Shown: one piece after another, positions 44,276 through 57,830 of the stretch
How the letters are laid out: each line of letters starts with the position of its first letter
Numbering within the stretch: position 1 is the stretch's first letter
Assembly (NCBI GenBank): GCA_964057225.1
Contig: OZ059895.1
Location: 13,950,001 to 14,014,000 of the forward strand
Source: Auanema rhodensis
Lineage: Eukaryota; Animalia; Nematoda
Reading direction: 5' to 3'
DNA: 64,000 nt
Position numbers and translations under genes: made by a program
The notes under the pieces: generated by a model
What the model saw: only the letters and a program-made list of their open reading frames with translations
What the model was told of the DNA's origin: nothing
Database searches by the model: none

Positions 44276-44740
44276 TTTTAATATTTCCTACGGAATTTCT
44301 CAACGTTAATCGTCAACACGCTCAAGTTGTTGCTCTATATTTCATAGTTTAATCATTTTCTTCATCCTGGAGCTCTTGATCTGATTTTTCTTGTTCCTAT
44401 TGTACATATAATCTATATTAATACTTAATATTGACCCCAGGGGCAAGAACTTGCCTAGTGCCTTAAATTTTATAGATCTAGTGTTTGTTTGTATGTTGTA
44501 TGAAATTGCTCAATAGTTCTAATGTTTATGTACGAGTTTATGAAATACATTATGAAGTTTGAGTAGCATAGAAATAAATCACATACCGGACCTGCTCTTG
44601 CAGGATATCTTATGCTGTGCATTAGTTTCAAAAATAATAACATTGGGATCACAATGACAGGAATATACATGGTAAGTCATAGGCAAATAGTTTAAATGTT
44701 TCTAGGAGATCTTCAGCTTCTTACAGTTAGATTCACACCT

Positions 44741-47700
44741 TTAAGCATGAAGAGCTTTGATGAGGTTCAGATTTTCACAAGTATCCCTAACAACCCATGT
44801 ACATTCTGGTTTTGTGTGTTCTTTCAAAGCGTATGATACGCAGCAGGAAACATCGCCATCCTCTAGATCGTGGGTCGAAATAAACTGAAAAGTAATTATG
44901 AGATGAGATTCTGCCAATTAGTCAAATTGTACCTTGAAAACTTGTTTCCATTCGGGTACATCGTCTGGCTTAGGAGCTGGAACATGGTTAGCTAGAAGAG
45001 CAGCTCCGAAGTCATAAAAGATTCCTTTAAGAGCTGGACGAGTAGCTGGGCAAGAGGTAGCTTCCCAACAACGAACCAAGCGAAGATATGCGTGAACCTA
45101 AAACAAAACAATTAGTTTTTCATTTTTAAAACTTAATCTTACATCGTATACGATGAAAGCAGCTGATTTACGAGCAGGATCCAGGATGACGTAATCGTTA
45201 GATCGGAATGGAATTTGTTGCTCAGCTTGGGATACTGTAACCAACTGTAAGCCAGATGAGCCTACAATCTCGATGGGAACAGTCCATGGTTCTTCAGTTA
45301 ATTGCTGGATTTTGACATTATTTGAGTCAATTTGAGCGAGAAGAATTGGACGAGTTCTACGAGTGAACCATTCAGACATCATACGTCCAGCATCTTGAGA
45401 ATTCGAGCTGTGTTGAATGGCTTTAAGCCAGTCTTCAAGATTGGCAGTACTGAAGGCACGTTGTTTGATAACCTGAATGCATAAAGATGAACTAAAAGGT
45501 GGATTAAGGATGAGATCTTACCTCTTTGATCATTCCTGTCACAGTATCTTGGCCATAGGTTTCATCTAAGCTGAAGAAAACAGAGACAAGTCGTTGCTGA
45601 CATCTTGGGTTTGTCTATAAGATCGATGAATTAAGTGAGAAATTTTAATAAACAGTTAATGGATCTAAGATAGATGATTGATAAACTATTACCTGGAAAA
45701 TAGCACGTCGTCCAACTCGATCTTCCACCTGACCATCACGGGAGAGGTCTCTTGGTCGAAGAGCGATGATTTCAGCAGCACGAGAACGGTTAACGAATTG
45801 AAGTTGTTCATTGAGTTTCCATTCCAAATAAGTAGTCAATGCATCCTGTAATGGTAAAAGAATTTAAAAAAGAAGATTGAATTTAGGAGAATAGGAGTTG
45901 GAGACAGGTTGATTGATAACGAGGTCAAAGGTTCACATTAATGGTTGTAAAGCTTTCAGGTTTGAAGAAGAGATATACGAGATTTGTCATGTATTATATG
46001 GTTTCTGATATGTTGTCAGATTGTTTGTCTAACACTGGAGTGCTATATGCTCCAGAAGTGGTTGCGCAACCTTCATAACAGTAAAGATATCGTGAACTCG
46101 TCGTCTGTCCAACAGACGTCTCGATGACGTGAATCTCACCTAAGCAGAAGGCTGTTCGAACAGTCGTTGAATAAAGAAACAGACTACCCATAATGGCATC
46201 CGTATTAAAGAATGAACTGTATACGGAGTGTCTTGTGGTCCCTTTGTAGACTTGAAAAAGGTCAAAGCAGGACGATACAAAGGTTAAGAAACTTTTATGA
46301 GAAGTAGCCATAAAAAGATTCAAAGAGAAACGATAATCCGAAAACAGATGGTGTTCATATGAATCTGTTGACGACTTGTAAGTTTTTACTTCAAAACATA
46401 TGTGTTTTCATTGAATTTTAATGAATCTTTGGCAATTATTTCTAGTCGGAATGAATCAAAAGACCTAAAACTCAAATATTTCATACGTCACATAAGGTCC
46501 TTAAACTATATGTAATAAAGAAGTTGAGTAATGAATTGAAGAAAAAGCCGACATAAGGATCATTAAGGTGATGAGAATCCCCCCTCGCATCCCCCCTCCA
46601 TGTCCGGTCATCAACAATTTGATTTTGTTTATTCAACAGATGTTTAGGTATAAGTACCTCTTATGAATAATATTATTCTTTTGATAATAATATATATTCT
46701 ATTAATCTCTTTAAAGATATTTCTGAAAGAAATAGTTGAGGAAAGATCAACTTTAGATCGGAAATACTACAAAGATAGTAAGAATTCTTATATATTCTTC
46801 AAAGTAAATATGATGTTATGACCCAGAGGCTATCTGGAAAGTTAATCCGATTCGTTTCTGTTGTTCTGATTGTTCAGAGTGGTAGTAAGGAACAACATAT
46901 GAAACATGATTCATCATCATTTCAGATTATTACAACCCAGATGTGAATTGAAGAAAGAATATTGAAAGAGAGTTAAGGAAGAATAATTGAAAGAAGTTGT
47001 AGAGAGAAAGAACATTAAAGAATATGAGAATTATTGCACGAGTGAGAGAGAAAGAGTAGGGAATCTGTGGACCTGTGTGGTGTTATGAAGAGTTCTATCA
47101 TACGTTCGATGGACATAACATCAATGATGATGATTAGAAGAAGATTTAATGGGAGCTGCCACACTTTTCCGTTTACTCCCTTCTTCCGTTTCCCATTTCC
47201 CTCTCTCTCTCTCTTTCTGTATCTCTCGTTCTGTCCCCCTTACTCATTTCTTTTCCTTTTCTAAGATATTTCGGATAGAAAAGAGTCCGCGACAGATAAA
47301 AATAAACTTCAGGTAATCATATTTCAAAACAAAAGTTTAGTTTATCTAAGCATCTTCTAAGAGAGTTTCCGAGAGATTTTTGAAAGAAGAGTATATTACC
47401 TGGAAACAGAAGTCCTCATCAGCTGTGCTAACTATTCCTCCAAGCCATTGCCCAATAACAGCTCTTGTCAGAGACTCGTGTGCCAAAGTATATGATGGAT
47501 ATTCAATTAAACGATCTTGTAGAGAAATGATTCCAAGAGCTGAATGAGCAGGCTGTGCGATAGGTACGGAGATTAAGCTGAGCTTTGAGAATGGGTAGGA
47601 GAATTGAGTCCAGTTAGATAGAACAGCAATAACCTGAAATAGGATAATCCTAAGTTAGGAAATCATTGAAGATTGGTTTACCTTGCTAGCTTCGTTATAG

Positions 47701-50334
47701 ATCCATTCATGTTTCTCACGTTTGAACTGCTTAGTCAGAGAGAAAGCGATGTCAATAGAAGGAATGTAACTTCCATCTAAAGTTGTTGTGTTGGTCAGAA
47801 TACTTTCAGCCTGAAAATAGAAAAATAAGAGAAAATGAAGAGAAGTAAAGATGAAATTACTCTTTCAGCATAAGAGAAGGAATACTGTTGTGGAGTAAGG
47901 GGAACGGTTGTCTCGAAACATGTAACAGTTCCATCAGTGAAAGATACTTCAGAATTTGAACGAATAACTGAACCAACGGCATGATTGACACACAAATCGA
48001 TTGGAGCCTTGAATTCAGAAAAATTAATTTAAACGATGGTTATTCGATTGATTACCTTATGAATGGAATTATCAAAAGATGGGAGAAGCTTTCGAGCTGA
48101 TGAAGTTCCGAACATATTTCCGAGCATGGTAGGAGCAGTACGATGATATCTTGGAGGAGTAAGAGTGTAGAGAACATCTCGAGCATTTCCAACAGAATAA
48201 GTGATGAAGTGAAGACGAACATGATGACCAGCAGGTATAGGCTCCGATAAAACGAAAGTAAGCAGCTCTTCACGCTGTTCAAAGACAGTCTTAGCAATAC
48301 AGAGAGTTTTTCCTGAAACAGAAGAATTGTCTTTCAGTTTCTTCAACTTGATTTTTCTTATTTTAATTTCTATTTTGCACATATTTTCTACGATGAAATG
48401 AGACAGAAGATAGATGACAGCTGGCTGGATAAAGCAGGGTTATAAACGTGTAACAGAAAGCTGTGGCAAACTATGAAAGAACTGCATCGGAACATCACAA
48501 AGGAAATATTGGAAAAATGAGCTTCCCTGTTGTGTTATTGCTTTATGCTTCTCTCGTAGGCTACTTAAGCTACTGAAACCTCACTCCCTTCTTTCCTTCC
48601 ATTTTTTTCTCTTTCACCCCCCTCTCTCTCTCTTTCATATCAGAAGAGTTTTGTTTCAATTATAAGCATTTCTTAACTTATCATTGAGTTAGTTAGGAAG
48701 ATATGATGATGATGATGATGAGCTTATATGAATTTTCAAATACAATGTCGACAAGTGTTTGGAAATGAAAAGACATATGTGATGATGGTCATCGATTCTT
48801 TCAAATATTTTTCTTTAACAAAGAGGTCATTCAATTGTGAAGATGTGCTTTTGTTGCTTCAAATCATGATGATGGCAGGAGATTTAGCTTTGTGAGATAT
48901 GTTTAAGTTAAGATGAAAACAGATTGTCTAATAGAATTTTAGTTAGTGATCTTGATGAAAGAGAAGTAAGAAGATACAACCGTTTTCTCTTCTTTTTTTA
49001 AAGAATTTGATAGAAACAATGAGAGATGGACAAAATTTGTGAACATTGATAGCTTTTTCCTTTTTTTTCTTTTCTCAAAAATATTATAGAGAAAAGAGAG
49101 ATTTTACGGAAATGAGAGCAAAAGAGGATGAGAGGTGAGAGAAAGGTGCCGCCACCCTCATTGGCTTCAGCTCATCATTTGTCAGAATTTTCAAATGTTT
49201 AGAGTAAGAAGATACAAGCAATACGTAGCTTCAAGTGTTTGAGATTAATTATCAAACTTATTTTTTCGATTTGTTTGTTTAATTTCAAAGCAAAATAGAA
49301 GAAAAGAGATTGAAAGTCAAGTTAGTACCTGTTTCACAATCAATTACGTTCACAAGCTCATCTAATCCGTGTAATGTTTTTCCAGCATTAAGGGTAATCT
49401 GAAGAAAAAAGAATTAATTTTTGAATAAAAATGAAAATATTTCATTAAAATTATTAAAATCTTAAAGAATAATTACCTGGTTCTCATCAGATTTGGTTTT
49501 CAAGAAAATTTGAGCAGAAGCTTCTAGTTGAGTAGGTTGAACTGATCGGATGGTAACATTCCATTTATAATGAAGAATATCAAATGTGTTCATAGGTTGA
49601 GATCTAAAATTTAAAAATAAAAAAGATGAAATGATCAAAATGATTAGATGAGTCATGATATTCAATTCACTTACACTATGCTAGCTGTAGATGGCGGACA
49701 TTGAACAGACGTTGCTAAGATTGATGAGCATTTATTTACAACCTGAAAAAAAGAAAATGAAAAGATTAGTCATTGATATTTAGAAATTACTTCTAAGTTT
49801 TCTTTTGAAATTGAAGATTTTTTGTCTATAGGTGAAGTAACTTCTTCTACTTCTTCAGCAGTTGTTGTATCAGAAATCTTCTCAGTTGTTGTAGAAATTT
49901 CAATATTTTCTGAAATTTTAAAATATATTGAAAATCTAATCATATATAGAAAACATACGATTAGCTAATTCAGTTGTTGTTGATGTTGTTGTTGTTACTG
50001 TAGTTGATTCAACTGTTGTTGATTTTGATGTTGTTGTTGAAGGTGTTGATGTACTTTTGTGAGTTGTAGTAGAAGTACCAGTAGAGGATGTTGCGGCAGA
50101 TGATGTTGTAGATGATTGAGTTGTTGGTTGAAGCAATGTCTCATTAGGCTCAGTCGTGTTAGGTTGTTCTGTATCAGTTAATGCTGCAAGTTCTTCTCCA
50201 ACATGAGGACGAAGTAGAAGAAATCCAATAACACTAGAACACAGAACTATCAGGCCAACAGCAATAATGATAAGCCATAAGAGGCGGCTTGGATTGGGTT
50301 CTTTCTTGAACGGCGACGTATTGGACGGAGCCAT
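44741..50334 (-). CDS. Type II membrane M1 aminopeptidase-like protein lacking catalytic motifs
   Basis: N-terminal TM, Ser/Thr stalk, ARKLLPSFD, FETTVPL, YPFSKLSLISVP, LGIIS, QWLGGIV align to aminopeptidase N; GAMEN and HEXXH absent. Confidence 0.8.
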
Positions 50335-52230
50335 ATCTGGAAAAAGATAAAAGATGAAATAAGTTGAAGATGGTAGAATAAGGAAGTATTGTAGAAGTAC
50401 AAGAAGTAACAGGAGGTCTAAAAGAGACATAGAACAGGTAAAGTTGAAAGAGAGAATAGTGATGAGCGATAGCTATGAACGATTATGAGCAAGTTATCCC
50501 ATAGTCACTCACAATGCACGTCAGTCAATCATCTGACGAAGATAGACGGACATAACACACGTAGATTAATGCTCATCAAGAGTAGACTGATTGTGAATCA
50601 TCTACTTCAACATCTATAGGATATGAGGAGATAGAGCTCCTAGAAAAAGGGCGGGCAGAATATCCAGATGACCACGCCCCACTAACAGACGCACAGCTAG
50701 CTTTGCCGGATTTCAGGTCAAAGATAAAACGATTCAGACCGCCTACGGCCAACAGAATGACACCTATCTTATCGTCAAAAAGTATAAAAAAATGAAGAAA
50801 AAACAAAAATATGAAAGAAGAAAATAACAACAATGAGATAATATAATATAAATAAAATATATGATGTACTAAAAAAAAGCGCGAAAAGATGGATTCATAC
50901 AGCATAAGTATATAATAATATTTTATAAAATAAGATTATATATATAGTTAGTTAGCTAGTTAGTTAGTTAGTTACTTATATATTATTCTTATCCTATCAT
51001 TTAATAAAAGATTGACAGAAATTGTATCTTCTTTAGATCTTCCGAAAAGTTTGAATGTTCACACCTATGATTGATATGATAAATCTCGGGAATGACCTTT
51101 ATGTTACCGATTATCTTATGAAGTTAAACAACTTCAAACTTAAACTTATGAACTAAACTTGAAATAACTTAAGGTAATATTTTATTTTTATAATAAAAAT
51201 AATTTTTATTTTATAAAAAAAAAAGAAGAAAAGAAGAAGATCGAAGATACATATACTATATGTATATATTTAGGTTTATATAAATGATATAATAGAATAT
51301 ATTATTGAATAATATATATATATATATATAATATATTAATTATTATAAAGAATATCATCAAATATATAATTAATAAATATCTAAATTATTCCAAAGATTT
51401 ACTCAGATTCGACATGCTTTTGCTGCTCATCAATCAAATTACCTAAATTTGACGAAATTCTTTCAAACAACTTTTCTCATCAAAGGAATATATTTAATAA
51501 ATTGTTCTAACTATACATATAAAGTATTATATTATGCTATTTATACTAAATATTATCTTTATTTATAAAGATTTTTATTTTTAAATCTATTGTTGTTGAA
51601 ACATTTTCAACCAAATTCCTTTTTTTCTTCTTTAAAATTTAAAAATTATTAATATTATAGTTAAGTTAACTATATGACAACTTTAGTCAAGTAATCTTAG
51701 ATGATGAGTTGACGTATGGTGAACACAGTAGGTTACCGCTCAATGAATATGCCGAAGAATGCTTAAACGGTAGCATGATGGCTCTTAAATCTCATCGGCT
51801 ATCACCTTACAAGTACCTAATGTCTGTTTAACACATGGTAACATAAGTTATATGAGAATATTTAGGCAATTAACTATAATATATAGTATATAATACGCAT
51901 AGTTAACACGCAATAATGACTATAACTATATTTGTTTGTTTATTTGTTTATTTATTTGTTTGTTTGTTTACCGGTTCCTGAAAATTATGAGGAGGAATAT
52001 ACTAAGATTTTCCTAAGAAGATCATTTAAACTTAGAATTATAGAAAGAGAAAAAGTTTTAAAATAGAAACCTTATAAGCATTGATTGATTATTCTTAAAC
52101 ATCTGTTAATTGTTTTTTTTCTATTTAGTTATGTATAAACAGATGTAAAATATATTTGAAAAATATAAAAAATTTTCTATAAAAGATAATTTAAAGTTTT
52201 TATATTTTATTATTATTATTAATAATAATT

Positions 52231-54661
52231 ATGTGTAATGATATACATACAACTGTTCTTCAATACTTTGTTCGAATTCAAAGTTTTTTTTTTTTAATCA
52301 GTTTCTCTGCATCTATATTTGCTATTTATATTATTTCATATTATTCATCAAGACAAATGATTTCATATAAATTTCTTTTAATTTCACAAATAATAGCGTA
52401 AGTTAATTATATATATATAGTATATAACTGTATATATATAGGTTTATATGCCAAGATTTTATGCTCAATATATGTTTGGCACTTCGAACATTTCCTGATG
52501 TTTGGGGATTTTATCAACTTGGTTTTATGCGTCAATTCATCAAAAACAAATTTATGTTATGTATTGCAGCATCATCAATTACCGGTAACTATATACATAT
52601 AGTTTATAGTATAAAGGATTCTTTTATAACAAAAAAAAAACAAAAAATAAATATATTAAATATAAATTTTTTTAAATTTTGAATTAAACTTTTGGTGTAG
52701 CCTCTTGAAATCCGGAGACCCGAGGTAGGTAGGCAGGTAGGAATGGTGTACGGAAATCAGTCAGAAGAATAAGAGGCATGAAATTAAAGTTTTTCTTTAA
52801 AAAAACTTAAATATAAAACCTTAACTATATGATATAGTTTATAATATTTTTTACAGAAATCATAGCTATCTATATACATATGGTTATATTTCGTACACAA
52901 GCTATACTTACTTCACAACATCCATTATATTTAAATAAATATATTTATAAAATTTTAATATTATTGATCCATTCAATATGTTTTCTAACATTTTTTTTAG
53001 TATATTATGCTATATCAAATGATATAAATATTATAAAAAATCAATTAAAAGTAAATAATATAATTAATGGGGCTGGTATCGTTTCGCCTGCTCCTCCCAT
53101 CAGATTATCATTAGGGCGCATGCGTTTTTTACCCGAAAAAACAGAGTCTCATCTCTGCGAGTTTAATACTTTTAAAATTTGTTGAAGCTCTCTCCATCTG
53201 GGGAGGGGGGATACCCCAGACCCCCAGGATCTGGGATAGTACACTCCCGCTAGTGCCGTGCCCAAAATGTTAATCGCGCGCTCTAATGTTAACTCTCTGA
53301 TTATTAGGGGGGGGTGTGAGCCAAACGATACCAGCGCCAAATTAATATAATTAATAATATTTATTATTTATAGCATTATAATATATGTGAATCTAAATAT
53401 GATATTATATTATTTTCTAGTAATATATTCATTATACCATATAATCGTTTATATAAAACAATTATTATTTATGGAATTTTAACTATATTAGCTTTAACTA
53501 CACTTATTACATGTTTTACTCTATCAATATATACATTACATAATCTTAAATCTATTTCTATACGAACTAAAAAGATTCAAAATTCTTTATTAAGAGCTTT
53601 ATCAATACAAGTAAGTTTTATTTTTTTAAATTAAAACTTAACGACTGAAATATTTTGTCCGGATGGTAATACATCTACATACAAGATGTCTTATGTCCCC
53701 TTTCCCCTTCCCTCCCACTCCTTTCTCATCTCTCTCTCTCTCTCTCATATTCTCTTGTAAAATTGAATAATTCTAACTATTTTCTTCAGTTTTTAAGTTT
53801 ATATCTAAATTATTTTCAAATCTTGTGTAGTTGTTGCTAATACTCCTCCGTAATATCTGAATGTATTTCTGAAGTTCTTATTGGTAGATGATGATAATAC
53901 ATCAAATATCGTCAATATTCTTATTATTTTCTTTGTTTTTCTTTTTTTTTCAAATTCATAGAAGATTGGAATATGAAAAAGTAAGAACAACATCATGTAT
54001 GTAGACTGCTGTCAGCTGAAAATCAGACATCCACCTTTTTTTTTTGAAATGGTTATTCATTCTAATCTTAAATCTTTAAATATGATTTTCACTCCTCATA
54101 ACAGTATATGATGGCCGGGACTATCTGAATCATTCCGCATCAGATCTTATCCGGATTCTCAGATCTTAATTGAACCAGAAATCGAACTAATTTCAAGTAA
54201 AACCAAGTATTTTCAACTCCCACAAAGTGTTTTTATTTGTCGAGTAATATCAGTATTACAAACTTTGTCGGGAATTCCAGACCAGACACTCGACATCCAG
54301 CTCATCTTTGTCAAATAAAACATTTTTAAAAAAACATTTAATTTCAGTTTATGATTCCTTTATTTATGCTATTTATGCCATTATGTATATTTCTTTCTGG
54401 TAAACCACGAGGTTTTAAAAATTTTGTTTTCAAAAAATTAAAAAATTTGTAAATTAAGGTTTTGAAATATATGCTTTAACGATATTTGTATTACATGGTT
54501 TTAGTAATAATATAGTTCTTCTATATGTACATGGAGATTATCGTAAAGCAATTTCAAGATTATTTGGTCATATTCCTAAAGCAACAAGTAGTTTTTTCAA
54601 TTTTATTATTTCAAATTATTTTTTTTCAGGTGTTGTTATATCTATGAGATCTTTAGTATAG
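52231..54661 (+). CDS. Serpentine chemoreceptor, Str superfamily (srh/sri-like), apparently intact
   Basis: 7 exons splice in frame: AIYIISYYSSRQMISYKFLL, FPDVWGFYQLG, FRTQAIL, SIRTKKIQNSLLRALSIQ, LHGFSNNIVLLYVHGDYRKAI. Confidence 0.82.
53069..53338. mobile_element. 270-bp MITE with Merlin-like TIRs, in a chemoreceptor intron
   Basis: TIRs GGGGCTGGTATCGTTT / AAACGATACCAGCGCC (15/16 match); 8-bp flanks TAATTAAT / AAATTAAT (7/8); GC-rich in an AT-rich context. Confidence 0.85.
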
Positions 54662-54829
54662 TAAATATTTTATTATTTTTTAATATAAATTGCTCAAAAA
54701 TAAAAATTTTTTCTTTTTCTAAATATTGATTTTTAAATAAAAATGTTTCAATATGACAATAATATCGTAGAAAATAGATATATTCTATTGTATTATTTTT
54801 ATGAAAAAACCAAACATTATACGACAAAA

Positions 54830-56335
54830 ACAGAAAAAATGGTGAAAAATGAGAAGAAAATCAAAGTATGTTGTTCCCAATAGCTAAAGTTGCTATCTCG
54901 AATGATACGCTTGAGACACAAAAAAGTCTGTGACCCGCCCGATATTTTAAAACCTGGATGGTTATCAACCTGTAATAGAACTGAAAACTTCAAGTTTCAA
55001 GGATCTGTCTAAAAGTTCAAAACCTAAGTTCTGAACTCTTGGATAGTTTAATAGAGCTTGCAGAGCCACATTCAGAAACATTAACAAATAAAGTGTTTGT
55101 GAACAACAGACTAAAAATGATAAAAAACTTACACAAAGAATTATCAAAAACCCATGAGATAAGTTTCAGGTACATCAAGTCCGAAGAAAACTCAGCAGAC
55201 AGGTACAGATCTGATCAACAATCAGCTATGGTGGGAAGGACCATTATGGTTAAAATCTAACAGTGATTTTACATTTAGTGAGTCACAAAGAAAGCCGCTA
55301 GAATTCATAACTACCATACAAACCACAACTGAAAGGTGGTTGGAAGCTGAAGAACAAAGCTCCTCAATACGAAAGAACCGTCTTTTGGCAAGAGGGATAA
55401 CAGTAGTATTGAGAAAAATAATAGCGAATCTAAAAACCACAAAAGATAGAGCTAAAGAAATTTTCCCATAGAGCGCTAAGGTAATACCTGAACCCGAAGC
55501 TGCGAACATAGTAATGTTATTACTACACCAAAAAGGTCATAAAGCTTATTTTAAACAAAACAAATGGAAGAACCTCGATATAATATCGGATGAATATGGG
55601 TTATTACGATATAGAGGGAGAGTACAACAAGAAAAAATAAAAGATCAACATTTACCTGCATTAATTAATGAAAGAAACATGGTTATCGTCATGAAAGACT
55701 ACTAGCCACTTCCAGCGAGACAGACAGTACAAAATGTACTCAAAAAGTGTGTAACATGTAAACGGTACATTGGAAGACCGTTGAACTATCCCAAAAGTTA
55801 GACACTATCGGATATACGGATAGAACGATCAATACCGTATACTCGAATAGGGATAGACGGCATGGGTCCATTTATGGTTAGCTACCGTAATCAAGAATCA
55901 AACCCAAAGAAAGCCTACATAGATTACTAATAACATGTTTAACAACGAGAGCAATTCACTTAGAATGTCTATTAGACAATTCAGCTGCCGAAATGTCGTT
56001 AGCATTAAGAAGGACCTTTGCAAGATTCAGAGTCCCAGAAATAATACTACTGGACAATGCACAAACACACAAAGCCTTAGAAAAGAAATTTGAGGATATG
56101 AAATAGGTGAGAGATATCCCATCTTACCTACTAAGATCAATGGCGATCAAATGGAGATGGATCACGCCTCACTCACCTTCGCAAGGAGGAGTGTACGAGA
56201 GATTAGTAGGGATAGTAAAATCCTGTTTAAACAAAATAATAAGGAAATGGAAAAGAACAATTCCCATTAGAACAATGGAACTTTTATACAAGAAGTATCC
56301 AGAATAGTAAACATGAGACCCATCACAACGATAGA
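54830..56335 (+). mobile_element. Degenerate BEL/Pao LTR retrotransposon pol fragment (RNase H end plus integrase)
   Basis: FVNNRL, ENSAD, GLLRYRGR, CVTC, RIGIDGMGPF, TCLTTRAIHLE, DNA, WITPHSPSQGGVYERLVGIVK; multiple stops and frameshifts. Confidence 0.9.
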
Positions 56336-57354
56336 TGGAGAAAGTATCGAATAGCTTCGTTGATCAGACTTGTAGCCCTGTCGCCCACCACCTGGGCATG
56401 GATTGTTCTCCGAAGTGCCACACAGTTTCCTTTCATCTTCTTTATTTCCTGGACCTTGCTTTCTGAAAAGAATTGAAATTCCCCCTTAATACCGTCCAAT
56501 GCCCCGCGAACTATTTCTTCAATAGTTATGTGTAGAGACACATTTTTGCTTACGAGCAAAACGAAAGAGAAAAAAAATACTGAAAACGTTCCATTACGGT
56601 CCTTTTGTGAAAAAAGTATGAAAATAAAATATGTGATGCTTGTTAGCTTTTCTCAACTGCACCGGTATGGAGATATAGATTTATTATACATAATCTAGTC
56701 GGTCTGGCTCTAACCTCTAACCAGTTACATACATAGAGTATATAGAGTATCCGAATGGAACGCCAATCAGAGGAAAAATAACAAGAATACCTGCTAAACA
56801 AATTTTATATCTTTACAGCTTAGGTTCGGCCCCCATGTGATGCTTGTTAGCCTTTCCTATTTCCTACTCACAATAACTGTCGGTTATTTAAGACTTCATT
56901 TAGATAGAGTTAAAACTCTATTCCTCAATATTAAGTTAGTAACCATAAAAAGAATACACACGAATCAATTTAAAACAGAAGAAAGAGGAGAAACAGCGAC
57001 CGGAATCTCTCGTCAGCAACGACTGACTCTCCTCAAGCCTCTCATCTTACTTTCTACCATTCCATGATCATAAGGATCAAAATATAATATAGTATATAGC
57101 TTATACGTAATACTACTGCAGATAAAATAAACAATTAGTGTGTAAATTTGAACACTATTTTTATAATATCACTTGGTAAAAAAATCGAAATTCATCGACG
57201 AGCATCAACTTAGTAAAAAAGTAAGAAAATGACATGAAACTATAGAATTTTTACTTGAAAACAGTAAATGAAAAATGAAATCGACACCCCGACCAAAAAT
57301 TGGTTGAAATAAGCACTTATTATTCATTTTTTACAAAAAAGTGTTTTTAAGGTG

Positions 57355-57356
<2 letters not shown>

Positions 57357-57391
<35 letters not shown>
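57357..57391. repeat. (CT)n microsatellite
   Basis: Uninterrupted TC run. Confidence 0.95.
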
Positions 57392-57395
<4 letters not shown>

Positions 57396-57830
57396 ATGTG
57401 TCTAAAACGGTTGAGATGTTGATAAACAGCTATAATCCCTCTATACCATACTACTAGTAGTCTATATACATGATGTTGTTCTTACTTTTTCATATTCCAA
57501 TCTTCTATGAATTTGAAAAAAAAGAAAAACAAAGAAAATAATAAGAATATTGACGATATTTGATGTATTATCATCATCTACCAATAAGAACTTCAGAAAT
57601 ACATTCAGATATTTAATAACCCGTACCACTACCGACTGCGCTATAACCGTCACCGTTTAGCTTGCTAGGGTATGCTATATGCAAATGATGTTGCGTGCAC
57701 GCTAATGTAAAAACGGCGTCTTTTCACTTCATTTGGATTCAAAATAAATCTGCACGCAGTAGAAAGATTTCAAAAAATGCCGTTAGTTTAAAATATTGTT
57801 ATTAATTCGAATAATGAAATAATTTTAAGA

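Larger units (their letters stand above)
53852..57613. repeat. ~160-bp near-identical inverted repeat pair (53852-54010 / 57456-57613)
   Basis: Direct reverse-complement comparison; core differs essentially only in homopolymer length. Confidence 0.9.

Noticed and set aside
50576-50780. GC-rich block with a short open frame upstream of the aminopeptidase-like gene
   Set aside because: No identifiable family; cannot distinguish a regulatory element from a repeat fragment
50944-50975. (TTAG)n run resembling a telomeric repeat
   Set aside because: A tetranucleotide microsatellite, not nematode TTAGGC
52270-52400. Suspected frameshift in the first chemoreceptor at T homopolymers
   Set aside because: Recounting shows the frame is maintained
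56632-57070. Possible LTR(s) beginning TGTGATGCTTGTTAGC (twice) after the Pao fragment
   Set aside because: No paired LTR, PBS or TSD could be confirmed
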